Shown: positions 46,920 through 57,216 of the stretch, in pieces
Position numbering within the stretch: the first letter of the stretch is position 1
Layout: each line of letters begins with the position of its first letter
Assembly (NCBI GenBank): GCA_965262725.1
Contig: OZ253555.1
Location: 2,528,001-2,592,000 of the forward strand
Source of the DNA: Dehalococcoidia bacterium
GTDB taxonomy: Bacteria > Chloroflexota > Dehalococcoidia > UBA2979
Direction of reading: 5' to 3'
Length of the DNA: 64,000 bases
Program-made: the position numbers and the translations under genes
Notes under the pieces: model-generated
The model's database searches: none
What the model was told of the DNA's origin: nothing
Seen by the model: only the letters and a program-made list of their open reading frames with translations

Positions 46920-49900
46920 CCCGGGAGAGCCGGGGAGGCCGGGCGGCAGCACTGAGCGACTTCCAGCGAGCGACGGCTCAGCACGCGTTCCGGCGCCTCT
47001 ATCTCGATGGGGACTCATCGCGACGCTTTCTCGTGGCCGATGAGACGGGGCTGGGGAAGACACATGTCGCCAAGGAGGTCATCGCCCTCACCCTCGATCA
47101 CCTGCAGCAGGTCGACCACGTCGAGCGCATCGACATCGTCTACGTCTGCTCCAACGCGGACATCGCCCGCCAGAACATCCGCAAGCTCACCATCACGGGC
47201 TCGGAAGGCCCGAGCTTCGCGACCCGCCTGAGCCTTCTGATCACGCAGCCGGACGTGCTCACACCCGCGCCCGGCCGCGAGGGGAAGGCGTCCACCTTCG
47301 TCGCCTTCACGCCGGCGACGTCCTTCCAGTTCGGGCTGCAGATGGGGACGGCTGCGGAGCGCGCCGTGCTCTACGTGCTCCTGCGCGATCACCTGGGCCT
47401 CCGGCGGGCACGGGCAACGGCGGCGCAGCGGATCTTCCGGGGAGCCGTGAGCAGCCGGCGCAGGTTCGTCAAATCGTACGTCGCGTCCGTTCACCCACGG
47501 CGCTTCGAGCCCGTCATCCGCCGGACGTTCCTCGAGGAGTTCGACCGGAGTCCCGAGCGCGCATCGCTCGTCTCCCTGGTCGATGAGGTCACGGGGCGGC
47601 GATCGCTGACCCCGCACCAGCACCGCGCGGCACGCCGTATTGTCGGAGGCCTGCGCCGGATGCTCGCACGAGCGGCTGTGCAGGCGCTCACGCCGGACCT
47701 CGTGATCCTGGACGAGTTCCAGCGCTTCCGGGATCTCCTCGACGTGAAGAGCGGCACCGAGGCGGCCGAGCTCGCGAACTACTTCTTCACGCAATCGGAC
47801 GCGCGCGTGCTGTTGCTCTCGGCCACGCCCTACAAGCCGTTCACCTACGCGGAGGAGAGCGCCGGAGGTGCCGGTCACTACGAGGACTTCCTGAAGACGG
47901 TGGAGTTCCTCGCGGCATCCGAGCGACCCGTGGATGCCGTGCGCGCAGACCTCGACGCCCTGCGGCAGGCGGCGCTCTCGGGCGAACCGACCGCCGCGAT
48001 CCGGGATCGCGTCCAGGCCCGCCTCCGGAGGTGGATCGCCCGGACCGAGCGGCCCACGGACGACCGGCGCACCACCACCCTCGATATGGCCGCGACTCCG
48101 TTCCGTGTCCGGGCGGAGGACTTCTCGGGCTGGGTCGCCCTCAAGCGGGTCGCGGACGAGGTCGGGGGGCCGCTCGGCATCGAGTACTGGAAGTCGGCCC
48201 CCTACTTCCTCAACTTCCTGAGCGGCTACCGCGTCGGCGAACACGTCCGCGAGCACATGAAGGTCCCGGACCGGCGGTCCCGGCTGATGCCGCTCTTCCG
48301 CGGCGCGCAGCGGATCGCGAGGTCCGACGTGGAGCGCTTCCAGCCGCTCGAGTGGGCCAACGCCCGCATGCGCGCTCTGGCCGCGGAGATGCTCGATCCG
48401 GGCTGGTGGCGATTGCTCTGGATGCCGCCGTCCCTTACCTACCAGGCGCTCGGCGGTCCGTACGCGTCGGTCGACGCCACCGCCATCACCAAGCAGCTCA
48501 TCTTCTCGAGCTGGGTCGCCGCTCCCTCGGCCATCGCCTCGCTCCTCAGCTACGAGGTCCAGCGGCGGATCTTCGCGGGAGCCGGCCACGTCGCGAACAC
48601 GCCCGCGGCCCGGGCCGCGATCTCGAGCCGCCTCGACTACCGGACGGCGGACGAGCGGCCCGCCTCGATGTCGGTGCTCGCGCTCTTCTGGCCGCAGCCG
48701 GAGCTGGCCTCTCGCACCGACCCGCTCGACGCCGCCCGCGAAGAGCCCGATCCGCCGAGCGTGGATCGTCTGCTCGAGTGGTCGCGGGGCCGCGTCGAGG
48801 CGCTCGTCGGACCTGCCGGCGAGACGATCTCCTCAGCGAGCGCTGCCTGGTACTGGTTCGCACCCGTACGCGCCGAGCGGGGCCGAGCCCTCGCATTCGC
48901 GCTCCTCGCGGCGCCGCGGAGCGCCCAGGCCGAGGCCCTGGCCGGAGCCTCCCCGGATCACACGCCGGACGTTCCGCGCGCACTGGACGCGCACGTGGAG
49001 CAGGTGATCCGGGCCCTCACCGGCTGGACACCGGAGTCGGAGCCGCCGGCGGACCTGGTCGCGACCACGGCGCTCCTCGGCGTGGGGGCGCCGGGAAACA
49101 TCGCGTGGCGGGCGCTCAACCGGCTGCGGCGGGCGGATGACCAGGCGACCGAGCTGGGGCGGTGGCGGGCGGCGGCGATCCTCGCCTCGGGGCTGCGGAG
49201 CCTCTTCGGCCGTCCCGACGCGATGCTGCTCATCGACCACGTCTACTCCGGCTCGGGCGGCACGCGCGAGGACGACGGTGCCTACTGGCGCCGGGTCGCG
49301 CGCTACTGCATCGACGGGGGCCTCCAGGCCGTTCTCGACGAGTACATCCACCACCTCGCCGGGGAATCAGGGGTCGACACGACGACCGACGAGGGGCTGA
49401 TCGCGCTGGCCGCGACCGCGCGGCGCGCGATCTCCCTCCGGGAGTCGGTCTACCGCGCGACCGACATCGATCACTTCGACGGCGAGGGGATCGCGTTCCC
49501 GAGCCGGTACGCGCTGCGCTTCGGCAGCACGCGCCACACCCAGGATGAGGCCCGCCTCCCCGAGGTCAGGGCGGCCTTCAACTCGCCGTTCTGGCCGTTC
49601 GTGCTGGCGACCACCTCCGTCGGACAGGAGGGGATCGACTTCCACTGGTGGTGCCACTCGATCGTCCACTGGAATCTCCCGGGCAACCCCGTCGACTTCG
49701 AGCAGCGCGAGGGCCGCGTGGACCGCTACAAGGGTCACGCGATCCGCAAGAACGTCGCGGCCGCTCACCGGTCGGCGGCTCTGGGTCCGGGAGTCACGGA
49801 CCCGTGGGCCGCGGTCTTCGACGCCGCCGCGGCAGGCGACGACCACGGCCTGGGGGACCTCACCCCCTGCTGGATATACCCGGGCGATGCCCGGCTCCAG

Positions 49901-50110
49901 CGGCGGATCATGGCCCTCCCCCTGAGTCGCGACGAGGAGCGATGGGACCGGCTGCAGGAGGCGCTGGCGCTCTATCGACTGGCGTTCGGGCAGCCGAGAC
50001 AGGAGGACATGCTGGCCGCACTAGAGCGTCGCGGCATAGCCGGGAGGCCGGAGCGGATCGCCGAGCTGCGGATCGACCTGAGACCGCCGGCGCTGCAAGC
50101 AAGCCCCTAG
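46916..50110 (+). CDS. zacC: SF2 helicase (Azaca ZacC-like)
   Basis: LVADETGLGKT, DEFQRF, LSATPY, FNSPFWPFVLATTSVGQEGIDFH, EQREGRVDR; stop TAG coincides with the IS5 target CTAG. Confidence 0.75.
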   Translation: MTRESRGGRAAALSDFQRATAQHAFRRLYLDGDSSRRFLVADETGLGKTHVAKEVIALTLDHLQQVDHVERIDIVYVCSNADIARQNIRKLTITGSEGPSFATRLSLLITQPDVLTPAPGREGKASTFVAFTPATSFQFGLQMGTAAERAVLYVLLRDHLGLRRARATAAQRIFRGAVSSRRRFVKSYVASVHPRRFEPVIRRTFLEEFDRSPERASLVSLVDEVTGRRSLTPHQHRAARRIVGGLRRMLARAAVQALTPDLVILDEFQRFRDLLDVKSGTEAAELANYFFTQSDARVLLLSATPYKPFTYAEESAGGAGHYEDFLKTVEFLAASERPVDAVRADLDALRQAALSGEPTAAIRDRVQARLRRWIARTERPTDDRRTTTLDMAATPFRVRAEDFSGWVALKRVADEVGGPLGIEYWKSAPYFLNFLSGYRVGEHVREHMKVPDRRSRLMPLFRGAQRIARSDVERFQPLEWANARMRALAAEMLDPGWWRLLWMPPSLTYQALGGPYASVDATAITKQLIFSSWVAAPSAIASLLSYEVQRRIFAGAGHVANTPAARAAISSRLDYRTADERPASMSVLALFWPQPELASRTDPLDAAREEPDPPSVDRLLEWSRGRVEALVGPAGETISSASAAWYWFAPVRAERGRALAFALLAAPRSAQAEALAGASPDHTPDVPRALDAHVEQVIRALTGWTPESEPPADLVATTALLGVGAPGNIAWRALNRLRRADDQATELGRWRAAAILASGLRSLFGRPDAMLLIDHVYSGSGGTREDDGAYWRRVARYCIDGGLQAVLDEYIHHLAGESGVDTTTDEGLIALAATARRAISLRESVYRATDIDHFDGEGIAFPSRYALRFGSTRHTQDEARLPEVRAAFNSPFWPFVLATTSVGQEGIDFHWWCHSIVHWNLPGNPVDFEQREGRVDRYKGHAIRKNVAAAHRSAALGPGVTDPWAAVFDAAAAGDDHGLGDLTPCWIYPGDARLQRRIMALPLSRDEERWDRLQEALALYRLAFGQPRQEDMLAALERRGIAGRPERIAELRIDLRPPALQASP

Positions 50111-51318
50111 GGGTTCTCTGAACAGGTCGCCGCGTCGTTACTGGAGCACATGCACACTCCGATGACTATATGCGATCATGGCACTCCTCCGGGAAAGGGG
50201 AGCGCTGCCATGCATCAGCCGACATTCGCGAGAGTCGAGTTCGAGCGGGATGGCTACAAGACGCGCCGCCAGAAGTTCCTCGAACGGCTGGATGGCCTCG
50301 TCCCGTGGCAGAGGTTCGAAGCAGCCATCGAGCCCCACTACCCGAAACCGGGCCGCGGGCGGAGGCCCTACCCGCTCTCCGTGATGCTGCGCATCCATAC
50401 CGTGCAACTCTGCTACAACCTCAGCGACCCCGGCATGGAGGATCTGCTCCACGAGGCCGAGTCGGTGCGAGCCTTCTGCTTCCTCACGCTCTCCGAGCCC
50501 ATCCCCGACGAGACGACGATCCTCAACTTCCGGCACCTGCTCGAGCGCCACTCCCTGGGTAGCAGGATCCTCCAACTCATCAACGAGCACCTCACGAGCA
50601 AGGGATTGAAGCTGAGCGAGGGCAGCATCGTGGATGCGACCATCATCTCGGCGCCATCGTCGACGAAGAATCGCGGGCGGGCGCGGGACCCGGAGATGCA
50701 TCAGACCAAGAAGGGGAAACAGTGGTTCTTCGGGATGAAGCTGCACATCGGCGCCGACAGGGATACTGGACTGGTCCACAACTTCACGACCACGCCTGCG
50801 AACGTGTCGGACGTGTCTGAGACGCACCGCCTGCTGCACGGCGAGGAAGCCGAGGTCTACGGCGACGCCGGGTACCGGGGCGTGCAGAAGAGACCCGAGA
50901 ACGCGGACTCCAGGGTCAAGGACTGGAACGTGGCGATGCGCCCGGGCCTCCGGCGTGCGCTCGACCCGGAGAGTCCTGAGGCCGTCGAGGAGAAGCGGAA
51001 GGCATCGGTGCGAGCGCTGGTGGAGCACCCGTTCTACAGCGTGAAGCGGCGCTTCGGCTACGCCAAGGTGCGGTACCGAGGTCTCTTCAAGAACCACGAG
51101 CGGTGTGCGGTCTTGCTGGGGTTCCACAACCTGCTCACCGCGAAGCCGCACCGTGCCTGACCGTGGGTGGAGTGCGCCCTCCCCGCCCCACACGGGGCGA
51201 GGAGGGGAGCCACAGGGGCCCGCGAGGGGGCGGATATGACCACTGTCATCGGGAATCCGCCTGAGAGCGCCTGATCGCGGCGAAACTGGGTCGCTAGACC
51301 CACCTGATCAGACTTGCC
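50111..51318 (+). mobile_element. IS5-family element copy 1
   Basis: IRs GGGTTCTCTGAACAGGT / ACCTGATCAGACTTGCC flanked by CTAG (50107-50110; 51319-51322). Confidence 0.92.
50210..51160 (+). CDS. IS5 transposase
   Basis: PDETTILNFRHLLE, IVDATII, WFFGMKLHIG, GDAGYRG, VEHPF..VKRRFGY.KVRYRG. Confidence 0.95.
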   Translation: MHQPTFARVEFERDGYKTRRQKFLERLDGLVPWQRFEAAIEPHYPKPGRGRRPYPLSVMLRIHTVQLCYNLSDPGMEDLLHEAESVRAFCFLTLSEPIPDETTILNFRHLLERHSLGSRILQLINEHLTSKGLKLSEGSIVDATIISAPSSTKNRGRARDPEMHQTKKGKQWFFGMKLHIGADRDTGLVHNFTTTPANVSDVSETHRLLHGEEAEVYGDAGYRGVQKRPENADSRVKDWNVAMRPGLRRALDPESPEAVEEKRKASVRALVEHPFYSVKRRFGYAKVRYRGLFKNHERCAVLLGFHNLLTAKPHRA

Positions 51319-51653
51319 CTAGGGAGAGCCCGCTGATGCGCCCATCGGAACAGCACGAGCGGTGGAGACTGAGTCTCCTTGGCGACCTCAAGCGACGCCT
51401 GAGCGGCTGCATCTGGTGTGGGTTCGGGCTTCGGCGCCAGCATTTTGTCCGGCTCAAGGAACCGTACAACGTGATCGTGTGGTTCGGACGCTCTGCACAG
51501 TGTGCTACGCTGCGCGAGCGGAGGCATGGGCCGGCCTCCTGAAGGAACCCTGTCACCCAGTCGGTGCCGGTTTGCGGGAGCTTCCTCACTCGACGGACGC
51601 TCTACCCCACGCCGCCACAAGCACCACCACCAGCGCCGGAGGAGGAGACAGCT

Positions 51654-52394
51654 ATGCTCCGTTCGAGGCTCGCGATCGCGGTGACGTTCGCTCTCGCGGG
51701 GCTTGTCGCCGCGGTGGGCGTCGCGGTCGCGCAGGCCGTCACGCACACGGCGGAGGTGAGGATCGTCGCTCAGCGCCTCGACGACGGGCGGGTGGAGTTC
51801 GGCCTCCAGCAGCGCGAGGGCGACGGCTGGGGCGACCGGATCCTGCCGCAGAGCCGCTTCTTCCCCGTCTCCAGCCAGGGCCGCTGGCTGTCGAGCTCAG
51901 CGATCGACGTGACAATCGAGGTCGCGGCGCCGACACCGACGCCGACAGTGTCCGGTATCGGGGAGTGGACGTACGTCGACGGCGAGGGCATCGACGGGAC
52001 GTATGAGGGCTACTACCTCGTCGCCGAGTCACACTCCGGCTACGACTGGCAGCTAGCTCCGATCCTCTACGTTCGCTGTGGCGGTGACAGCAACGAGTGG
52101 GACGACATCTTCGTTGCAACCCCCTTCCTGATCCACGGCGGCGATGACAACGAGGCCACCGTGCGGTACCGGTTCACGGCCGACTCGTCCGCGACGAGTG
52201 AAATTTGGTGGAGCGACGAGGAGACCGACTCCGCCGTTTTTAGCCAGAGCGGAGCATTCGGTTCTCGTCTGGCCGGGGCGTCGGGCACGCTTTATATGGC
52301 CTTCGTCAGTCACTACGACTACGACGAGGAGACGGCCACCTTCGACGTGACCGGGGCGGCTGAAGTCGCGCGTCAGCTCGACTGCTTCCCGTAG
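51654..52394 (+). CDS. Secreted hypothetical protein
   Basis: GGAGG RBS, signal-peptide-like N-terminus (..AVAQA), EVRIVAQRLDDGRVEFGLQQR domain, PTPTPT linker, acidic C-terminal domain. Confidence 0.75.
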   Translation: MLRSRLAIAVTFALAGLVAAVGVAVAQAVTHTAEVRIVAQRLDDGRVEFGLQQREGDGWGDRILPQSRFFPVSSQGRWLSSSAIDVTIEVAAPTPTPTVSGIGEWTYVDGEGIDGTYEGYYLVAESHSGYDWQLAPILYVRCGGDSNEWDDIFVATPFLIHGGDDNEATVRYRFTADSSATSEIWWSDEETDSAVFSQSGAFGSRLAGASGTLYMAFVSHYDYDEETATFDVTGAAEVARQLDCFP

Positions 52395-52722
52395 GGGCTT
52401 ATGCAGGCGTGCCGACGAGGGGCGCCAAGCTGCATTGACACGCAGGACATCGGCGGTGCCCCCTGATCAAGCTACGCGAAGCGGCGTGGAGCGCTACCTC
52501 GCCGATCAGCTCCTACCGGCTATCGGCAAGGCGTATCCCCAGGCCTTCCCCGTACCGTCAACCTCCCGCGGAATCCTCTAGGAGAGCGAGGAGCGGCTGT
52601 CACGGCCCAGGGAGGTCCCGGCTATTGCCACACAGGAGAGACGCACGGGGCCTTCAACACTTGGCCCCCGCGCCACTGAGGGGCTAGGACCAAACGTCGT
52701 GGCTGTGGCCGCGACGCACTAG

Positions 52723-53929
52723 GGCAAGTCTGATCAGGTGGGTCTAGCGACCCAGTTTCGCCGCGATCAGGCGCTCTCAGGCGGATTCCCGATGACAGTG
52801 GTCATATCCGCCCCTCGCGGGCCCCTGTGGCTCCCCTCCTCGCCCCGTGTGGGGCGGGGAGGGCGCACTCCACCCACGGTCAGGCACGGTGCGGCTTCGC
52901 GGTGAGCAGGTTGTGGAACCCCAGCAAGACCGCACACCGCTCGTGGTTCTTGAAGAGACCCCGGTACCGCACCTTGGCGTAGCCGAAGCGCCGCTTCACC
53001 GTATAGAACGGGTGCTCCACCAGCGCCCGCGCCGATGCCTTCCGCTTCTCCTCGACGGCCTCAGGACTCTCCGGGTCGAGCGCACGCCGGAGGCCCGGGC
53101 GCATCGCCACGTTCCAGTCCTTGACCCTGGAGTCCGCGTTCTCGGGTCTCTTCTGCACGCCCCGGTACCCGGCGTCGCCGTAGACCTCGGCTTCCTCGCC
53201 GTGCAGCAGGCGGTGCGTCTCAGACACGTCCGACACGTTCGCAGGCGTGGTCGTGAAGTTGTGGACCAGTCCAGTATCCCTGTCGGCGCCGATGTGCAGC
53301 TTCATCCCGAAGAACCACTGTTTCCCCTTCTTGGTCTGATGCATCTCCGGGTCCCGCGCCCGCCCGCGATTCTTCGTCGACGATGGCGCCGAGATGATGG
53401 TCGCATCCACGATGCTGCCCTCGCTCAGCTTCAATCCCTTGCTCGTGAGGTGCTCGTTGATGAGTTGGAGGATCCTGCTACCCAGGGAGTGGCGCTCGAG
53501 CAGGTGCCGGAAGTTGAGGATCGTCGTCTCGTCGGGGATGGGCTCGGAGAGCGTGAGGAAGCAGAAGGCTCGCACCGACTCGGCCTCGTGGAGCAGATCC
53601 TCCATGCCGGGGTCGCTGAGGTTGTAGCAGAGTTGCACGGTATGGATGCGCAGCATCACGGAGAGCGGGTAGGGCCTCCGCCCGCGGCCCGGTTTCGGGT
53701 AGTGGGGCTCGATGGCTGCTTCGAACCTCTGCCACGGGACGAGGCCATCCAGCCGTTCGAGGAACTTCTGGCGGCGCGTCTTGTAGCCATCCCGCTCGAA
53801 CTCGACTCTCGCGAATGTCGGCTGATGCATGGCAGCGCTCCCCTTTCCCGGAGGAGTGCCATGATCGCATATAGTCATCGGAGTGTGCATGTGCTCCAGT
53901 AACGACGCGGCGACCTGTTCAGAGAACCC
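52723..53929 (-). mobile_element. IS5-family element copy 2 (inverted; transposase 52880-53830)
   Basis: Near-identical reverse complement of 50111-51318 (ASARAL/YTVK vs ASVRAL/YSVK); CTAG flanks. Confidence 0.92.
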
Positions 53930-54116
53930 CTAGTGTCCCGAGTTGCAAATGCTGAAAACAATCGCACCGAGCCTCGCAGGCCTGGTCCGCTCAGTGGAGG
54001 CTTGGGTCGCAACTGGAAACGAGCACCGGAGGCGCTTCATCTGGCACAAGTCCGCGGACCAGATCCTTGACAACCTCACCGGATATCTCAATCGCATTTC
54101 CAATTCAGGACACTAG
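53930..54116 (+). mobile_element. IS630-derived MITE copy B (intact)
   Basis: CTAGTGTCC...GGACACTAG ends; internal remnant FIWHKSADQILDNL...ISNSGH of an IS630 transposase C-terminus. Confidence 0.88.
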
Positions 54117-54183
54117 GGCACTTCGAAGAATGACTATATCGTCGGCATGGTGAATGATATAGTCATTCTTCGAAGTGCCCTAG
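54113..54183. repeat. Perfect 28-bp inverted repeat (micro-MITE-like hairpin)
   Basis: CTAGGGCACTTCGAAGAATGACTATATC, 15-nt loop, GATATAGTCATTCTTCGAAGTGCCCTAG. Confidence 0.9.
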
Positions 54184-54222
54184 GGCGTCTCGGCTCCGGG
54201 CCGCTGCTGGGAAGGCTTCGCG

Positions 54223-55146
54223 ATGTCTCAGTCCGATCCGCCCGATCCATCGATCCGTGACGACACTGGCTCTGCATGGCTCTCGCCGCGGAGGTGGCCT
54301 CCATGGCTGAGGCTCCCGTTGGTAGCAGCTGCGTGCATCTGGATCGTGACGTTTCCGTTTGCCTTCTCGCGCTCGTCTCGCGCCTCCTGGCTGCCGTGGG
54401 TCGGAGCAGTGACTGTGCTCATTCTGATGCTGGGGTTCGTCGGAAGTGGCAACACAAACCCAGATGAGTCAACCGGTGCATCAGCCACCTCGGCCAACTC
54501 CGCACCGATTACGACGCCATCGCCGCCGCCCGCGGTCGCGCCAGAGCGCGTGGCGATCGAACTACGCGAGTTACATTACATCGCATGGGAAGAACTGTTC
54601 CGGGGCGTGCGCGTTCATTTCGTAGCACGGATCGAAAACACGGGGAACGTACCTGCCGAAGTGCGTGACATCCGCTACGCGATGCGTGATTCAGGTGGCG
54701 CGCTGATCGAGGAAGGCGACGTCCCGCACTCGTTTCCTCAGAAGCTGGCGCCTGGTCAGATGGGCGTGATTGGACGGACAGTCACGGCCGACACCGCGAG
54801 GGGGCCGTGGGACGTAGACGATGTCGCCATCGCCTTCGACGTGCGGTCTGCCGAGAAGCCCGACAACCTGCTCACCATCGCTTCCGTGGATGCCCCCGAT
54901 CTGAGCGGTAGCGACGTCTTCGTCTCGGGTTCGGTGAGAAATACGGGTAGCAAGATGTATGACGATGTTCGGATCGCCGTCATCCTCATCGATGCCGGGG
55001 GCGCATCGGTCGGCTATAGCACGGCGGATCTCCCCGTAGATGAGCTTCCTCCCGGTGAGCTGGCTCGGTTCGCCACCGTGGCGGATCTTCCTGCGGAGCA
55101 ATTGCCGCAGATCGCAGCGGTCGAGGTCATCGCCTTCGACAGGTGA
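54223..55146 (+). CDS. Membrane-anchored protein with two FxLYD/Ig-like domains
   Basis: Two N-terminal hydrophobic segments, S/T/P linker, repeated (I/V)(E/R)NTG...D..G..LAPG/LPPGE units. Confidence 0.7.
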   Translation: MSQSDPPDPSIRDDTGSAWLSPRRWPPWLRLPLVAAACIWIVTFPFAFSRSSRASWLPWVGAVTVLILMLGFVGSGNTNPDESTGASATSANSAPITTPSPPPAVAPERVAIELRELHYIAWEELFRGVRVHFVARIENTGNVPAEVRDIRYAMRDSGGALIEEGDVPHSFPQKLAPGQMGVIGRTVTADTARGPWDVDDVAIAFDVRSAEKPDNLLTIASVDAPDLSGSDVFVSGSVRNTGSKMYDDVRIAVILIDAGGASVGYSTADLPVDELPPGELARFATVADLPAEQLPQIAAVEVIAFDR

Positions 55147-55415
55147 TGCCGGGCTGGCCCGTGCGTGCTCAGCGGGACTAGTGATGGCTCCCGCTGATCG
55201 AAGTGCGCGTCGGGACGCATGCGCTGGTGAGTCGACGATGCGAATGTCGACGCCAGCAGTCGTCGCGAAGCCGCCCACGAATCGTTGTCGTGGGAGTGGA
55301 TCATGGGTATGATCGACGATAGGAACCCGGTGCCGACGAAGCGAGGGCCGTTTAGAAAGCGGAAGGCTCAACAGAATATAGCCTCCCCTCACTTATCCAT
55401 GACAGCGGGGAGGCT

Positions 55416-56219
55416 GTGACAAACACCACGTCGCTCGAACGCTACAAGCACGACCTAGACAATCTGATCCGTACTGGCCGGACCCTGCAGCATGCATTTC
55501 AACATGAGTACAGGCAGGACCGGTTCACTGCACTCGCACATGAGCAACTAGGCGAAGGTGCACAGCGTTTTCTCGATGAGCTACCCTCATTCTCTCAGGA
55601 CTACCAACTTTGGTATTCGGAAGCTAAGGCGTTAGTCCGGCAGTTACTACCAGATCGCCTCGACGACTTCACGCGCTACTACGAGCGACCAAAGGTAGCC
55701 CGCAAGCAGATTACGTACTCGAATTATACTATCGAAGATGCTCTGTACGGGCTCACCGTCTCAGGGCATGGGCCAAGACCGGATGCGGCGCTTAACGCCT
55801 TTGATCAGCAGCTACAAATCGTCAGATCAATCGAATCGCGCTTTGAGAGCTCACTATTCGATATTCGCCAGTTGGCTCAAGCAGACGTGTTCGACTCTGA
55901 GTTAGAAGCGGCTAAAGAACTCGTGAAGAACAGGTTTCTCCGAGCGGCGGGAGTAGTCGCCGGAGTTGTCTTAGAGCGACACCTTAAGGAAGTGTGTGCT
56001 CGCCGCAACGTAACCATTCGCAAGCAACGTCCTCAAGTCTCGGACCTGAACAACAAGCTGAAGGACGCGGGGGTTATCGATACATCTCAGTGGCGATTCA
56101 ATCAGCACCTGAGTGGTTTGCGGAATCTGTGCGCCCATGACGGCGACCTAGAACCATCACTAGATCAAGTCAATGATCTCTTGGTGGGCGTGGCGAAGGT
56201 TACCAAGACCATCTCTTGA
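55416..56219 (+). CDS. HEPN/DUF4145-like protein
   Basis: RAAGVVAGVVLERHL and RNLCAH (Rx4H) motifs; lower GC than flanks. Confidence 0.7.
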   Translation: MTNTTSLERYKHDLDNLIRTGRTLQHAFQHEYRQDRFTALAHEQLGEGAQRFLDELPSFSQDYQLWYSEAKALVRQLLPDRLDDFTRYYERPKVARKQITYSNYTIEDALYGLTVSGHGPRPDAALNAFDQQLQIVRSIESRFESSLFDIRQLAQADVFDSELEAAKELVKNRFLRAAGVVAGVVLERHLKEVCARRNVTIRKQRPQVSDLNNKLKDAGVIDTSQWRFNQHLSGLRNLCAHDGDLEPSLDQVNDLLVGVAKVTKTIS

Positions 56220-56576
56220 GTTGGAGGAGCGTTTCCCCAAAGACAGTTCCTCAACTACAGTGCCAGACTATCCAGAAGTGAGTAGTGCACCCGGGGCTGC
56301 GCGAGAATCGAAACGAACCTGTGCTCGTGCCAAAGAGGATGCATCAGAGTTCTACATGGTGCTCGCGTTTGCCGGGACACCCCTCGCTAGGGCCAGGGTC
56401 GGCTCTCGGTACGTGACCGCGAACGTGGTGTGGTGGTCGCGGTTCCGCGGATCTGTTCCGGATCTCGACAACCTGGCCTATCCGGCAATCGCGACCGCCC
56501 TGATCGCCAACTCCTGCACGTGGACCTGCGCTCGTGCAGCTGCGGCGCTCAAGGCTCAAGACAGCTGAGCGACGGT

Positions 56577-57104
56577 CTAGCACCCTATCCGCTGAAAGTG
56601 CGGTGGGAGACCCCGCCCCCAGCACGACGCAAGGAGGGCATCTGTCCGAGCTATCAGCCTCTCGGCGTGTTCAGGCCTGGCCAACACAAAATAGACGCGC
56701 GGGGAGCGCCGTCTGTAGCGAAGTGCGGGCAGCTCGGCTTCGAGCCATGCCTGCCGCTTGGCCCGCGGAGTCTCCGCGAAGCTGAGCTCAAGGTTGAAGA
56801 ACGCCGTGCCGGTAGGCAGCGCGCTGCTCGCCTCCAGCCCTGAGATGGTTCGTGCGGTCGAGACCAGCTCCCGCATCGTCTCCCAGAGAGCTGGGTCACA
56901 CTGCTGGAGGAGCTGTTCCTCATACGGAGAGAAGATGTAGTCCGTGTGGCTCCCGTCGCCGGGACCCTCTCCCGAAGCCCCACCGCACCGGTACCAGAGC
57001 ACGCCGAGACGGAGTGCCTCGCCGTGCGGGTCGCGGGCACACAGAGCACGCAGCAACCCGTACTTTCCAAAGTCGCCGACATCTCCCACATATGCGTCCT
57101 GCAT
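56577..57104 (-). pseudogene. Conserved hypothetical (YVGDVGDFGKYGLLR type), internally deleted
   Basis: Recognisable N-terminus joined directly to a C-terminal-like SPRVYFVL segment; short. Confidence 0.45.
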
Positions 57105-57216
57105 CCAGACCGCCTCTCGGTGCTATCGTGTCGATCGCCAGGGTCATTGAGCCACGCGTCGCCACGGTCATTAGACCACCCGGGACGCCGGTAGGCGGCT
57201 TGATATCAGTGAGCGT

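Noticed and set aside
47015-48589. Long antisense ORFs (also 45816-47063, 58852-60531, 25380-26513, 50138-51193, 4724-5836)
   Set aside because: Shadow frames of GC-rich real genes on the opposite strand.
56173-56568. RusA-like resolvase (PDLDNL motif)
   Set aside because: Only one short motif, with no convincing start or remaining catalytic residues.
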